Positions 18,408 to 27,537 of a stretch of 32,000 nucleotides of DNA are shown piece after piece. Within the stretch, counting starts at the first letter, position 1; each line of letters starts with the position of its first letter. Origin of the DNA: an uncultured Clostridium sp. (GTDB lineage Bacteria > Bacillota > Clostridia > TANB77 > CAG-508); NCBI GenBank assembly GCA_947061115.1, contig CAMSMU010000012.1, forward strand, positions 3,597 through 35,596, read 5' to 3'. The translations under genes were made by a program, and so were the position numbers. Under the pieces are notes generated by a model. The model did no database searches and was not told where the DNA came from. It saw only the letters and a program-made list of their open reading frames with translations.

Positions 18408-18437
18408 ACCAGTAAGTAAATTCTTACTGGTTTATTC

Positions 18438-18626
18438 TTACTCTTTATTTAATTCTTCTACTAATTCATTTACATCTATACCATGTATCATACATGCTTC
18501 TTCTAAAGTTTCTCCTTGTGAAGCTGGACATCCAATACAGTGCATTCCTATTTGTGTAAGTATTTCTACTTTATCTGGATCTTTTTCTAAAATTTCTCCT
18601 ATTTTTGTATCTTTACTAAACTTCAT
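18438..18626 (-). CDS. DUF1858-type small redox/disulfide protein (hybrid-cluster-protein-associated family)
   Basis: 62 aa with the pattern TKIGEILEKDP....IL...GMHCIGCPASQGETLEEAC..HGID, and an AAGGAGGA SD. Confidence 0.65.
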   Translation of the reverse strand: MKFSKDTKIGEILEKDPDKVEILTQIGMHCIGCPASQGETLEEACMIHGIDVNELVEELNKE

Positions 18627-18769
18627 AATATCCTCCTTAAAACTATTATTCTCGTTTATTTTAGTTTTATAAAATAATATTTATAATATTTTATCACTTT
18701 TTTTCAAAAAAGTATAGACAAAAGTAAAATTATGTTATATACTTCCATTTATTGGAAGGAGTGTTTTAT

Positions 18770-18922
18770 ATTTTAACATTATTAGATATATTTTTTATTA
18801 GCTTTATTCTTAACATTTTAATTATTTTTTACAGTTTATATACATTTATTCAATTTAATATATTTAAATCTAGTCAGGGTTTCAAATTAAATTTAAAATT
18901 AAGAAAGGAGAATAAAAATTAA
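18770..18922 (+). CDS. Small hydrophobic membrane protein opening the T4SS-like plus-strand arm (start uncertain: ATT 18770, GTG 18761 or TTG 18752)
   Basis: The frame is open from 18728 to TAA 18920-18922. The GGAAGGAG SD at 18754-18761 sits 8 nt before ATT 18770. The product ILTLLDIFFISFILNILIIFYSLYTFIQFNIFKSSQGFKLNLKLRKENKN has one or two TM segments. It is too short for the ORF track. Confidence 0.4.
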   Translation: MLTLLDIFFISFILNILIIFYSLYTFIQFNIFKSSQGFKLNLKLRKENKN

Positions 18923-20600
18923 TTTTTTATTTGTATGCATTTTTACTTTTTTCATTTTAATATTTTCTATTATTATTTTTAAACCTATTCTATTTAATTC
19001 AATATTAAATCTTTATAGTAACTTAAAAATATTTAATTTTATATTAGATGATATTAATTTATGGCATAATTTTAAGATATTATATTATATTTCACTTTTT
19101 TTATCATCAATTATTATTGGTAATTTTATATCGTTAAAATTATTTTCTAAAATTCATTTCATTAAAAAACAAGAACAAATTGATTTAAACTCTTTAAATT
19201 TATTAATAGGAAAAAAAGAAAATGGTAATTTAGTATATATACCTGAAAAAAGTTTATACCAAAATATACTTATAACTGGAGGGATTGGAAGCGGAAAGAC
19301 TTCCTCTGCAATGTATCCTTTTACCAAACAACTTATAAACTATATGTGTAATGATAATTCTAAGAAATTAAGTTTTCTTATATTAGATGTTAAAGGAAAT
19401 TATTATTCTATGGTCAAAAATTTTGCAATAGAGAGTAATAGATTAAATGATGTAATAGTAATTGAGCTTAATGGTAAATACACATATAATCCACTTGATA
19501 AGCCTGCTATAAAGTCTTCTGTTTTAGCTAATAGATTAAAAACTATATTATTATTATTTTCCCCAAATAATTCTGAGTCTTATTGGCTTGATAAAGCAGA
19601 ACAAGTTATAGAAAACTGTATTACTTTTTGTAGATTATATAATAACTACTATGTTACTTTTGAGGAATTACATAAGCTTGTTACAGACAAATCTTATTAT
19701 ACAAGTAAAATGCATGATGTTAGAAAAACATTTTTATCTGGTAAATTAAAAGAAAATGAAATATATGATCTATTATCTTGTATTAATTTTTTAGAAAATG
19801 ATTATTTTTCACTTGATGAAAGAACTTATAATATATTAAAATCTGAAATAACTAGAATAACAAATTGCTTTGTGTCTGATTATGAAGTTCTTAATACATT
19901 TTGTCCTAATAAATATAAAGAAAACTTTTTTGGATTTCAAGATTCAATTAAAACAGGTAAAATAGTGGTTTTAAATCTTAATATTGGAAAATATAAAAAT
20001 TTATCTAAAATTATTGCAGCATATTTAAAATTAGATTTTCAAACAGATGTAATATCTCAATTATCAAACAAAGTAATGAGAACTACTTGTTTTATTTCAG
20101 ATGAGTATCAGGAATATGTTACTTCTTCTGATGCTGAATTTTTTGCTCAAAGTAGAGAAGCAAAATGCATTAATATAGTAACTACTCAAAGTTATACTTC
20201 CCTTTTACATACATTAAATAATCAATATTCAGTTAAAGTAATTATTCAAAATCTTGTTAATAAATTGTGGTTTAGAACAGATGATATATTTACTATTGAA
20301 GATGCACAAAAGCAAATTGGAAAAGAAGATAAAGAAAAATTTTCTCGCTCTATTTCTGAGAACTCAAAAGAAAATAACTATAATTATCTGATGAAAAATT
20401 TTTCATCATTAGACTCTACTTTATCAGAAAGCATAAATACATATTCTCAATTTGATTTTTCTTATGACTATAATTTTTTTACACAAAGTCTTGAGACTTT
20501 TTCTTGTCTTGCCTTTTTATCTGATGGCAATAAAATTATAAAACCAGATAAAATTAAAATGATGCCATATTTCAAAGGAGGTTTAAATGAAAAAACGTAA
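18918..20600 (+). CDS. VirD4/TraG-like type IV coupling protein (T4CP) with N-terminal TM segments; probable ATT start
   Basis: The frame is open from 18903. Walker A ILITGGIGSGKTSS is encoded at about 19269-19307, upstream of the first canonical start (ATG 19311) used by the ORF track. Three hydrophobic segments precede it. Walker B-like CFISDEYQEY. The AAAGGAG SD at 18904-18910 sits 7 nt before ATT 18918. Confidence 0.7.
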   Translation: MNFLFVCIFTFFILIFSIIIFKPILFNSILNLYSNLKIFNFILDDINLWHNFKILYYISLFLSSIIIGNFISLKLFSKIHFIKKQEQIDLNSLNLLIGKKENGNLVYIPEKSLYQNILITGGIGSGKTSSAMYPFTKQLINYMCNDNSKKLSFLILDVKGNYYSMVKNFAIESNRLNDVIVIELNGKYTYNPLDKPAIKSSVLANRLKTILLLFSPNNSESYWLDKAEQVIENCITFCRLYNNYYVTFEELHKLVTDKSYYTSKMHDVRKTFLSGKLKENEIYDLLSCINFLENDYFSLDERTYNILKSEITRITNCFVSDYEVLNTFCPNKYKENFFGFQDSIKTGKIVVLNLNIGKYKNLSKIIAAYLKLDFQTDVISQLSNKVMRTTCFISDEYQEYVTSSDAEFFAQSREAKCINIVTTQSYTSLLHTLNNQYSVKVIIQNLVNKLWFRTDDIFTIEDAQKQIGKEDKEKFSRSISENSKENNYNYLMKNFSSLDSTLSESINTYSQFDFSYDYNFFTQSLETFSCLAFLSDGNKIIKPDKIKMMPYFKGGLNEKT

Positions 20601-20913
20601 TTTTTTTATTACTCTATGTATAATTATTATTTTTATATTTTTATTTTATTCAACTATATCATATGGTGCTGATCCTAAAATTGTAAAAAAATTAAGCTCA
20701 GCATTTAAAGATATAGAAAGCTGGATATTAAAATTATCTACTCCCGCAGCTGCTGTTGCAGTTGGAGTTGGTGTATTTATGAAAAAATTTAGTTTTGGAG
20801 ATGAAGAAAAAATACGTATGTCTAAAAAAGTAATACGAGGTTCTTTATTTTCATATGGATTTATTTTAGCAATTGATTTAATTCTTTCAGCAATTAGTTC
20901 TTTAATTAAGTAA
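20587..20913 (+). CDS. Small secreted/2-TM protein, VirB2/TrbC- or Maff2-like
   Basis: Signal-peptide-like N-terminus (KKRNFFITLCIIIIFIFLFYSTISYGA), then two hydrophobic segments (AAAVAVGVGVFM; LFSYGFILAIDLILSAI). The GGAGG SD lies inside the end of the T4CP gene. The call rests on position and size. Confidence 0.5.
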   Translation: MKKRNFFITLCIIIIFIFLFYSTISYGADPKIVKKLSSAFKDIESWILKLSTPAAAVAVGVGVFMKKFSFGDEEKIRMSKKVIRGSLFSYGFILAIDLILSAISSLIK

Positions 20914-20922
20914 GGAGGCATT

Positions 20923-21786
20923 TTGGAAAAAACAGAAGTTATTAATATCATTATAGAAACTATAAATTCCATTTTTTCTAACCTTTTTTCTTCTATTGAT
21001 AATAATATTTATTCAAATTTAGATACATTTACTTTTATAGATAAAAATATAATAAATAATTCTTTCTTTGAAAAAATATTAGGTTCAAATGGAAAAAATG
21101 GAGTATTGTATTTAACAGATGCTTTGTTTTTAGCAATAATTATTTATTATTCAATTAGATTAGCTTATTCATCCTTTTCTGGAAACACTATAGAAAAACC
21201 ATCACAATTTATATTTAAAATGATTATATTAGGTATAATTATAAACTCTTCATATTTTATATGTGAACAAATACTTAATATAAATTATCTTTTATCTGAA
21301 AGTATAAAAGAAATTGGTAAATCTATAGTAAACAAGGATATATCTTTTTCTAGTCTAATATTGAATTTAAATTCAACTATTTCAATTGGGCAAAATTCCT
21401 TTGATTTATTTTCATTTGATGGTATGATTAAAAGCTTTATATCTGTAGGATTACTTAATTTACTATTTACATATTCTTTAAGATATATAATGGTGCAAGT
21501 TTTTGTTATCACTACACCAATTGTACTTGTTTCTTTAATAAATTCATCTACATATTGGATTTTTAAATCATGGGCAAAGGGATTTTTCTCTCTACTTATT
21601 TTGCAATCTTTTGTTTCTATAATTATAACTGTCATGCTATCTTTTGATGATTCAAATAAGTTATTATTAATTGGTGCTATATATGCATTAATTAAATCTA
21701 ATAGCTATATAAGAGAAATCTTTGGTGGTATTAATGTTGATGTATCTGCAAATGTTTCATCATTAATGTCTAATTTTAAATCTTAG
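20923..21786 (+). CDS. Polytopic membrane protein, VirB6/TrbL-like
   Basis: 287 aa with about 5-6 TM segments and a TTG start after an AAGGAGG SD. Its position after the pilin-like gene matches the Firmicute T4SS order as I recall it. Confidence 0.5.
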   Translation: MEKTEVINIIIETINSIFSNLFSSIDNNIYSNLDTFTFIDKNIINNSFFEKILGSNGKNGVLYLTDALFLAIIIYYSIRLAYSSFSGNTIEKPSQFIFKMIILGIIINSSYFICEQILNINYLLSESIKEIGKSIVNKDISFSSLILNLNSTISIGQNSFDLFSFDGMIKSFISVGLLNLLFTYSLRYIMVQVFVITTPIVLVSLINSSTYWIFKSWAKGFFSLLILQSFVSIIITVMLSFDDSNKLLLIGAIYALIKSNSYIREIFGGINVDVSANVSSLMSNFKS

Positions 21787-21794
21787 GAGAATTT

Positions 21795-22073
21795 ATGAAA
21801 TTTATATTTCCACAAAACTTTAATTTTAAAAATAAATTATTTGGAATAATTGATTATCCTACTCTAATATTTAATATTATTTATTTATTATTTTTATGGG
21901 CAATTTGCAATTTATTAATAAAAAGTTTAACTATAAAAATTATAATTATCATATCTTTTTACTTACCTATTTTCTTACTAAGTATAATAGATTTTAATCA
22001 TGAGAATATTTTATACTTTTTTTGGTATATGATTAAATTCTTGCTTAAACCTAAGATTTATTTATATAAATAG
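21795..22073 (+). CDS. PrgI/VirB3-like small membrane protein
   Basis: 92 aa. The N-terminus FPQNFNFKNKLFGIIDYPTLIF, followed by two TM segments, resembles PrgI-family proteins (VP.DL...K.K.LF.LT.RQL). Confidence 0.5.
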   Translation: MKFIFPQNFNFKNKLFGIIDYPTLIFNIIYLLFLWAICNLLIKSLTIKIIIIISFYLPIFLLSIIDFNHENILYFFWYMIKFLLKPKIYLYK

Positions 22074-22102
22074 TTGTAAACTTCGACTAAAAATGATATA
22101 AT
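22074..22102 (+). promoter_or_regulatory. Sigma-A-type promoter for the dnaD-like/dnaI-like pair
   Basis: TTGTAA (22074-22079), a 17-nt spacer, then TATAAT (22097-22102), starting right after the PrgI-like stop. Confidence 0.55.
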
Positions 22103-22127
22103 TCGCTTACACAATTTGGAGGTAAAT

Positions 22128-23084
22128 ATGAAGCTAGAACAAAATGATTCATCATTAATATTTTCTAATACATTTATACCAGATATTTTCTTTACTGAGT
22201 ATTTATCTCAGGCCAATGGAGATTTTATTAAAGTTTATCTATATTTGTATTTTTTATCTAAATACAATAAAGAAGCAAAAATTAACGATTTATCTAAAAA
22301 ATTAGAATTACCACTAAAAACAATTCAAGATGCTATAAAATACTGGGAAGAATTAGGTCTTCTTATTCGTAAAAATCAAGGATTTATAGTTTCTAATATA
22401 CAAGAAATTGAATTAAATAAACTTTACAAACCCAAAATTACAATTTCAGCATCAGATATGAAAAAAGTTGCTGAAAATAAATATAGAGCAAAAGCAATAG
22501 ATACCATCAATAATGAATTCTTTCAAGGTGTAATGTCTCCTTCATGGTATGGAGATATTGATCTTTGGTTTAAAAAATACTCATTTGATGAAGAAGTTAT
22601 GATAGCATTATTTAGATATTGTTTCAATAAATCCGCTTTACATAGAAATTATATAGCTACTGTTGCCGAAGCTTGGTATAAAAATAATATTAAAACATTC
22701 AGTGATTTAGATATATACTTCCAAAAACAAGGAAAAGTAAAGTTAGTTGAAAATGCTATTAAGAAAAAACTTAGATTATCTAGAAATTTATCTATTTATG
22801 AAGAGGCTTATGTTGAAAAATGGCATATTACTTATGGATATAACATAGATGTTATTGAAATAGCACTTAAGAAAACTACTGGTAAATTTAATTTAAGTTT
22901 TGAATATATGGATAAATTAATTACAGATTGGCATGAAAGAGGTTTAAAAACTCCAGCTGAAATAAATATTCATTTAGAAAAACAAAAAAGTAAACCAGTT
23001 CAAAATAAATCAACTAGTGATAAAAAAATTAATTATTCTCAAAGACAATATTCTGATTTGAATAATTTTTATAGTAATGTTTAA
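22128..23084 (+). CDS. DnaD-domain replication initiation / helicase-loading protein (B. subtilis DnaB/DnaD-like)
   Basis: N-terminal winged-helix-like region (GDFIKVYLYLYFLS...LSKKLELPLKTIQDAIKYWEELGLL) and two DnaD/DnaB_2-like repeats (FDEEVMIALFRYCFNKSALHRNYIATVAEAWYKNNIKTFSDL; IDVIEIALKKT....SFEYMDKLITDWHERGLKT). The GGAGGT SD favours ATG 22128. Confidence 0.75.
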   Translation: MKLEQNDSSLIFSNTFIPDIFFTEYLSQANGDFIKVYLYLYFLSKYNKEAKINDLSKKLELPLKTIQDAIKYWEELGLLIRKNQGFIVSNIQEIELNKLYKPKITISASDMKKVAENKYRAKAIDTINNEFFQGVMSPSWYGDIDLWFKKYSFDEEVMIALFRYCFNKSALHRNYIATVAEAWYKNNIKTFSDLDIYFQKQGKVKLVENAIKKKLRLSRNLSIYEEAYVEKWHITYGYNIDVIEIALKKTTGKFNLSFEYMDKLITDWHERGLKTPAEINIHLEKQKSKPVQNKSTSDKKINYSQRQYSDLNNFYSNV

Positions 23085-23102
23085 AAGAAATGAGGTGATT
23101 AT

Positions 23103-24110
23103 TTGAATTCACAAAATTTAAAATCACTACTTATTGAGTATGATCAAAAAAGAAATAAAGCAATATTAGATGCAGAAAATAAAAAAATGGAGCTATATTC
23201 ATCAATTCCAGAATTAGAAAAGCTAGATAATGATATTAATTCTGTTTCAATTTCTGCAATAAAAGCTGTGCTTACTAATACTGATTCTAATGCTCCTAAG
23301 AAATTAAAATCTGAATTATCTAATTTGAAAAAGAAAAAAGTTACATTATTAAAAAATGCAGGTAAATCATTATCCGATTTGGAGCCAAACTTTGAGTGTA
23401 ATAATTGTAAAGATACAGGATATATTTCTACTGAAAACGGAAATATACTTTGCCCATGTATTAAACAAAGACTTTACAATTTACAATATAATAATGCTAA
23501 TATTTATGATTTAAAAAATCAAAACTTTGATAAATTTAACTTAAATTATTATTCTGATAAGGTAGACAAAGAAAAATATAATTCAGAGATTTCACCTAAA
23601 GAAAATATTCTAAAAATAAAAGAGATATGTAACAATTTTATAAAAAATTTTGATGACCCTAATGAAAATAATTTACTTTTTTGCGGTAATTCAGGATTAG
23701 GAAAAACATTCCTTTCTTCTTGTATTGCTAATGAAATTATAAAAACAGGAAAAACAGTATTATATCAAACAGCACCTATTATGTTAGATAATATTATAGA
23801 CTATAAATTTGGAAAAACAAATAATGATATAATTAAAAATATTAATAATGTTGATTTATTAATTATAGATGATTTAGGAACAGAAACTAAAAATGATTAT
23901 AAAATTACTGAATTATTTAATATTATTAATTCTAGATTATTAAATCAAAATAACAAAATAACTAAAACAATAATTTCTACAAATTTATCTCTTCAAGAAT
24001 TATATGATGCATATGAGGAAAGAATTATATCTAGAATTATTGGAAATTACACATCTTGTTACTTTTTTGGTGAAGATATAAGAATCAAAAATAGAACTTG
24101 TTGTAAATAA
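23103..24110 (+). CDS. DnaI/DnaC-like helicase loader ATPase
   Basis: Zn-finger CNNCKDTGY....ILCPC, Walker A GNSGLGKTF, Walker B LLIIDDLGTE. TTG start after a GAGGTGA SD. Confidence 0.8.
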   Translation: MNSQNLKSLLIEYDQKRNKAILDAENKKMELYSSIPELEKLDNDINSVSISAIKAVLTNTDSNAPKKLKSELSNLKKKKVTLLKNAGKSLSDLEPNFECNNCKDTGYISTENGNILCPCIKQRLYNLQYNNANIYDLKNQNFDKFNLNYYSDKVDKEKYNSEISPKENILKIKEICNNFIKNFDDPNENNLLFCGNSGLGKTFLSSCIANEIIKTGKTVLYQTAPIMLDNIIDYKFGKTNNDIIKNINNVDLLIIDDLGTETKNDYKITELFNIINSRLLNQNNKITKTIISTNLSLQELYDAYEERIISRIIGNYTSCYFFGEDIRIKNRTCCK

Positions 24111-24153
24111 TTTTTATGTAATAAAACTATATGGAAAATTTATAAATTAATGT

Positions 24154-24190
24154 AAAAAAAGCGAATATATTTTATTTATATTCGCTTTTT
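24154..24190. terminator. Bidirectional rho-independent terminator between the convergent dnaI-like and gyrA genes
   Basis: GCGAATATA (24161-24169) pairs with TATATTCGC (24177-24185), flanked by an A-run on the left and a T-run on the right. Confidence 0.75.
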
Positions 24191-24215
24191 CTTATATTAA
24201 ACTTAATTATGTATG

Positions 24216-26690
24216 TTAGCTTTCTTCTTCTATTTCAATTTCTTCTTCAATTTCATTAATTGTTTCTATGCTAACTACTTTACCATCATTTGTTCTCATT
24301 AAAGTTACACCTTGTGTATTTCTACCTAATACACTAATTTCTTTTGCTTTAATTCTAATTATTGTACCTGTATCTGTAATCATCATTACGTCATCATCTT
24401 CGCTTGCAATTCTTATTCCTACAATGTCTCCAGTTTTTGGTGTTATTTTATATGTTATAACTCCTTTTCCACCTCTAGTTTGAACTCTATATTCATCAAG
24501 CTCTGTTCTTTTTCCAAATCCATTTTCTGTAATCGCTAATAATGTTTCCTTGCTATTTGATATTATGGATTCCATACCTATTACAGTGTCGTTATCTGAT
24601 AATCTTATACCTATAACTCCTTGAGCTGTTCTTCCAACTGCTCTTACATCCTTTTCACTAAATGTTATACATATACCCTTTTTAGTTACTAAAACTATAT
24701 TGTCTTCTCCATCTGTTAATCTTACATCAATAAGCTCATCATCTTCTCTTAAATTTATTCCTTGAAGTCCTGTTTTCCTTGAAGAATCATATTCTTTTAA
24801 AGGTGTTTTCTTAATAAGCCCTGATCTTGTAGCCATAAGTAAAAACTTACCATCTTCAAAATTTTTAATTGGTATTACAGCTGTTATTTTTTCTCCTGCT
24901 TCTAGTGCTAAAAGATTAACTATTGCTGTACCTCTAGCTGTTCTTCCTGATTCAGGAATTTCAAATCCTCTAAGCCTGTATAATTTTCCTTTATTACTGA
25001 AGAATAATATTATATCATGTGTTGATGCATTAAAGATTTGTTTTACAAAATCTTCTTCTCTAGTTGTCATTCCTGTAATGCCTTTTCCTCCTCTTTTTTG
25101 ACTCTTATATGTATCTATTGGCATTCTTTTTATATATCCAAAATGTGTTAAAGAGATTATAGAGTTTTCATTTTTTATAAGATCTTCTTCATTAAATTCA
25201 CCTTCTGCTGCAACAATTTTAGTAAGTCTATCATCTCCATATTTTTCTTTCATTTCTAAACATTCTTCTTTAATAATGTCATATACCAGTTTTTCATTTG
25301 AAAGAATTTCTCTAAGATGCGCTATTAGCTTCATTAATTCATTATATTCTTCTTCTATTTTTTCTCTTTGCAATCCTGATAATGTTTTTAACCTCATATC
25401 TAGTATTGCTTGTGCTTGTATATCATCTAGTCCAAATCTTGCCATTAATCTTTCTTTCGCATCATCATATGATTCACGAATTATTCTTATAACTTCATCT
25501 ATGTTATCTATAGCAATCTTTAAACCTTCTAATATATGTGCTCTTGCTAGAGCTTTATCTAAATCGAATTTTGTTCTTCTAACTACTACTTCTTTTCTAT
25601 GTTCTATATAATAATTTAAACATTGTTTTAATGTAAGTATTTTTGGGACTCCATTAACTAATGCTAACATTATTATTCCAAAAGAATCTTGCATTTGTGT
25701 ATATTTATATAATTGATTTAATATAACTTTTGCATTTGCATCTCTTTTAAGTTCAATAACAACTCTTACTTTTTCTTCTCTATCTGATTCATCCCTTACT
25801 TCTGAGATTCCTTCTATTCTTTTATCTCTAACCAATTGGCTTATATCTACTATTAATTTAGCTTTATTTACTTGATATGGTAATGAAGAAACTATAATTC
25901 TTTGTCTATTTCCACTCATTTCTTCAATTTCAGCTTCTGCTCTTAATGTTATTTTTCCTTTACCAGTTGAGTATGCTTGTTTTATTCCTTCTCTGCCTAA
26001 TATTAATCCTCTTGTTGGAAAATCAGGGCCTTTTATTATTTGGAATAACTCATCATCAGATATTTCTTCTTCTGATTCTATTATTCTTATAATTGCATTT
26101 AATACTTCTGTTAAATTATGTGGTGGAATATTAGTTGCCATACCAACAGCTATACCTGAAGATCCATTAACTAATAGTGCTGGTAGTCTCGCTGGAAGTA
26201 CTGTAGGTTCTTGTCTTATACCATCAAAGTTTGGCATAAAATCTACTGTATCTTTTTCTATATCTGTAAGCATCCTTTCCGCTATTTTTGACATTCTTGC
26301 TTCAGTGTAACGGTAAGCAGCTGCTCCATCACCATCAATTGATCCAAAGTTTCCATGACCATCTATAAGAGGATATCTTAATGAAAAGTCCTGAGCCATT
26401 CTTACCATTGCATCATATACTGATGAATCTCCATGTGGATGATATCTACCTAAAACGTCTCCAACTGTAGTTGCAGATTTTCTGTATGGCTTATCTGATG
26501 TAAGTCCATCTTCATACATTGTATATAGTATTCTTCTATGAACAGGTTTCAAACCATCTCTTACATCTGGAAGAGCTCTTTGAACTATAACACTCATTGC
26601 ATAATCAATATATGCCGTTTTCATTTCTGTTTCGACATCTCTTTCAATTATCTTTCCTTCTCCAAATTCTGGTTCTTCTTTGTTATCCAT
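24216..26690 (-). CDS. gyrA: DNA gyrase subunit A
   Basis: [47 protein letters not shown], active-site [11 protein letters not shown], GyrA-box-like QKRGGKGI, and an acidic C-terminal tail. The GAGAGG SD favours ATG 26690 rather than 26729. Confidence 0.9.
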   Translation of the reverse strand: MDNKEEPEFGEGKIIERDVETEMKTAYIDYAMSVIVQRALPDVRDGLKPVHRRILYTMYEDGLTSDKPYRKSATTVGDVLGRYHPHGDSSVYDAMVRMAQDFSLRYPLIDGHGNFGSIDGDGAAAYRYTEARMSKIAERMLTDIEKDTVDFMPNFDGIRQEPTVLPARLPALLVNGSSGIAVGMATNIPPHNLTEVLNAIIRIIESEEEISDDELFQIIKGPDFPTRGLILGREGIKQAYSTGKGKITLRAEAEIEEMSGNRQRIIVSSLPYQVNKAKLIVDISQLVRDKRIEGISEVRDESDREEKVRVVIELKRDANAKVILNQLYKYTQMQDSFGIIMLALVNGVPKILTLKQCLNYYIEHRKEVVVRRTKFDLDKALARAHILEGLKIAIDNIDEVIRIIRESYDDAKERLMARFGLDDIQAQAILDMRLKTLSGLQREKIEEEYNELMKLIAHLREILSNEKLVYDIIKEECLEMKEKYGDDRLTKIVAAEGEFNEEDLIKNENSIISLTHFGYIKRMPIDTYKSQKRGGKGITGMTTREEDFVKQIFNASTHDIILFFSNKGKLYRLRGFEIPESGRTARGTAIVNLLALEAGEKITAVIPIKNFEDGKFLLMATRSGLIKKTPLKEYDSSRKTGLQGINLREDDELIDVRLTDGEDNIVLVTKKGICITFSEKDVRAVGRTAQGVIGIRLSDNDTVIGMESIISNSKETLLAITENGFGKRTELDEYRVQTRGGKGVITYKITPKTGDIVGIRIASEDDDVMMITDTGTIIRIKAKEISVLGRNTQGVTLMRTNDGKVVSIETINEIEEEIEIEEES

Positions 26691-26764
26691 TTGTATACCT
26701 CTCTTTATGCTATTTTTAAATATGAACAATTACTATATTTTTTAGTTACATTATTCACATATTT

Positions 26765-26793
26765 ATTATACTAAACCAATTTTTAATTTGCAA
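26765..26793 (-). promoter_or_regulatory. Sigma-A-type promoter for gyrA
   Basis: On the minus strand: TTGCAA (26793-26788), a 17-nt spacer, then TATAAT (26770-26765). Confidence 0.6.
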
Positions 26794-26814
26794 GGCTTTT
26801 TCTCTCTTTTTTAT

Positions 26815-27537
26815 TTAATTTATAAGCTTTTTAGCCAATTCTGTTTCTTCTTTTGTTAATTCAAAATTACCACCTTTATTTTTTATTAATATATGTAAAT
26901 TCTCTATATTTCTAGCATTTTTTATAGTATTTTCTAATGGTATTATATTTTTAATTTCCTTTTTCAATTTTTTATATTGTTTCTCCATATCACTAAAATC
27001 TTTATTGTTATAACTTTCTTTCCAATTTTGCATATATTTATCAATTTTTTCTACAGATGTAATTTGTTTATTAAACTCATTTTCTATATTATTACTTATA
27101 GTATTTAATATGGTATTTTTTCCATTTTTTAATATTGTTATAATTGAATTTGGAATTTTACCTATTTTTGAACTCATATTTAAGCCATAATCTAATGCTT
27201 TTGATATGCCATCAATAATTCCTCCATTCTTACAAGCATTTCTTGCCTGTGTAACATTATCGAATTTTCCTGTAAATATGCCTATTGTACTTTTACCTAA
27301 TTCTATTGCTGATGATATTGCTTCCTTGACACCTGCCTGAAAGCCATTATTAATTATCTCATCTTTTATATTTATTACTTGATCCTCTATTAAATCAGGA
27401 AGTAATGCTCTAATTCCCACATTTAGTGCAGTATTTACTACTTTTCCTAAACTACTTTCTAAAAAATTTTTTTGATTTGATAAATTTATATTAGAATTAA
27501 TATCCATATTATTATTTAAATTAGCTGTTAATTCCAT
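26815..27537 (-). CDS. Hypothetical 240-aa protein, overlapping the end of the ParA-like gene by 17 nt
   Basis: Clean ORF whose ATG overlaps the upstream gene's end. The Asn-rich N-terminus is followed by predicted helical repeats (FLESSLGKVVNTALNVGIRALLPDLIEDQ..., GGIIDGISKALDYGLN). I recognise no family. Confidence 0.55.
   Translation of the reverse strand: MELTANLNNNMDINSNINLSNQKNFLESSLGKVVNTALNVGIRALLPDLIEDQVINIKDEIINNGFQAGVKEAISSAIELGKSTIGIFTGKFDNVTQARNACKNGGIIDGISKALDYGLNMSSKIGKIPNSIITILKNGKNTILNTISNNIENEFNKQITSVEKIDKYMQNWKESYNNKDFSDMEKQYKKLKKEIKNIIPLENTIKNARNIENLHILIKNKGGNFELTKEETELAKKLIN

Noticed and set aside
18388-18672. The plus-strand 94-aa ORF.
   Set aside because: It is antisense to the DUF1858 gene, which has a strong SD and a conserved CxxC-type motif.
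24216-26690. The A subunit being ParC (topoisomerase IV) rather than GyrA, given the missing gyrB neighbour.
   Set aside because: A GyrA-box-like QKRGGKG motif is present at the start of the C-terminal beta-pinwheel region, along with an acidic tail. Confirmation needs a phylogeny or profile search.
24268-26774. Plus-strand ORFs 24268-24483, 25276-25611 and 26538-26774.
   Set aside because: All are antisense to gyrA, whose protein sequence is unmistakable.
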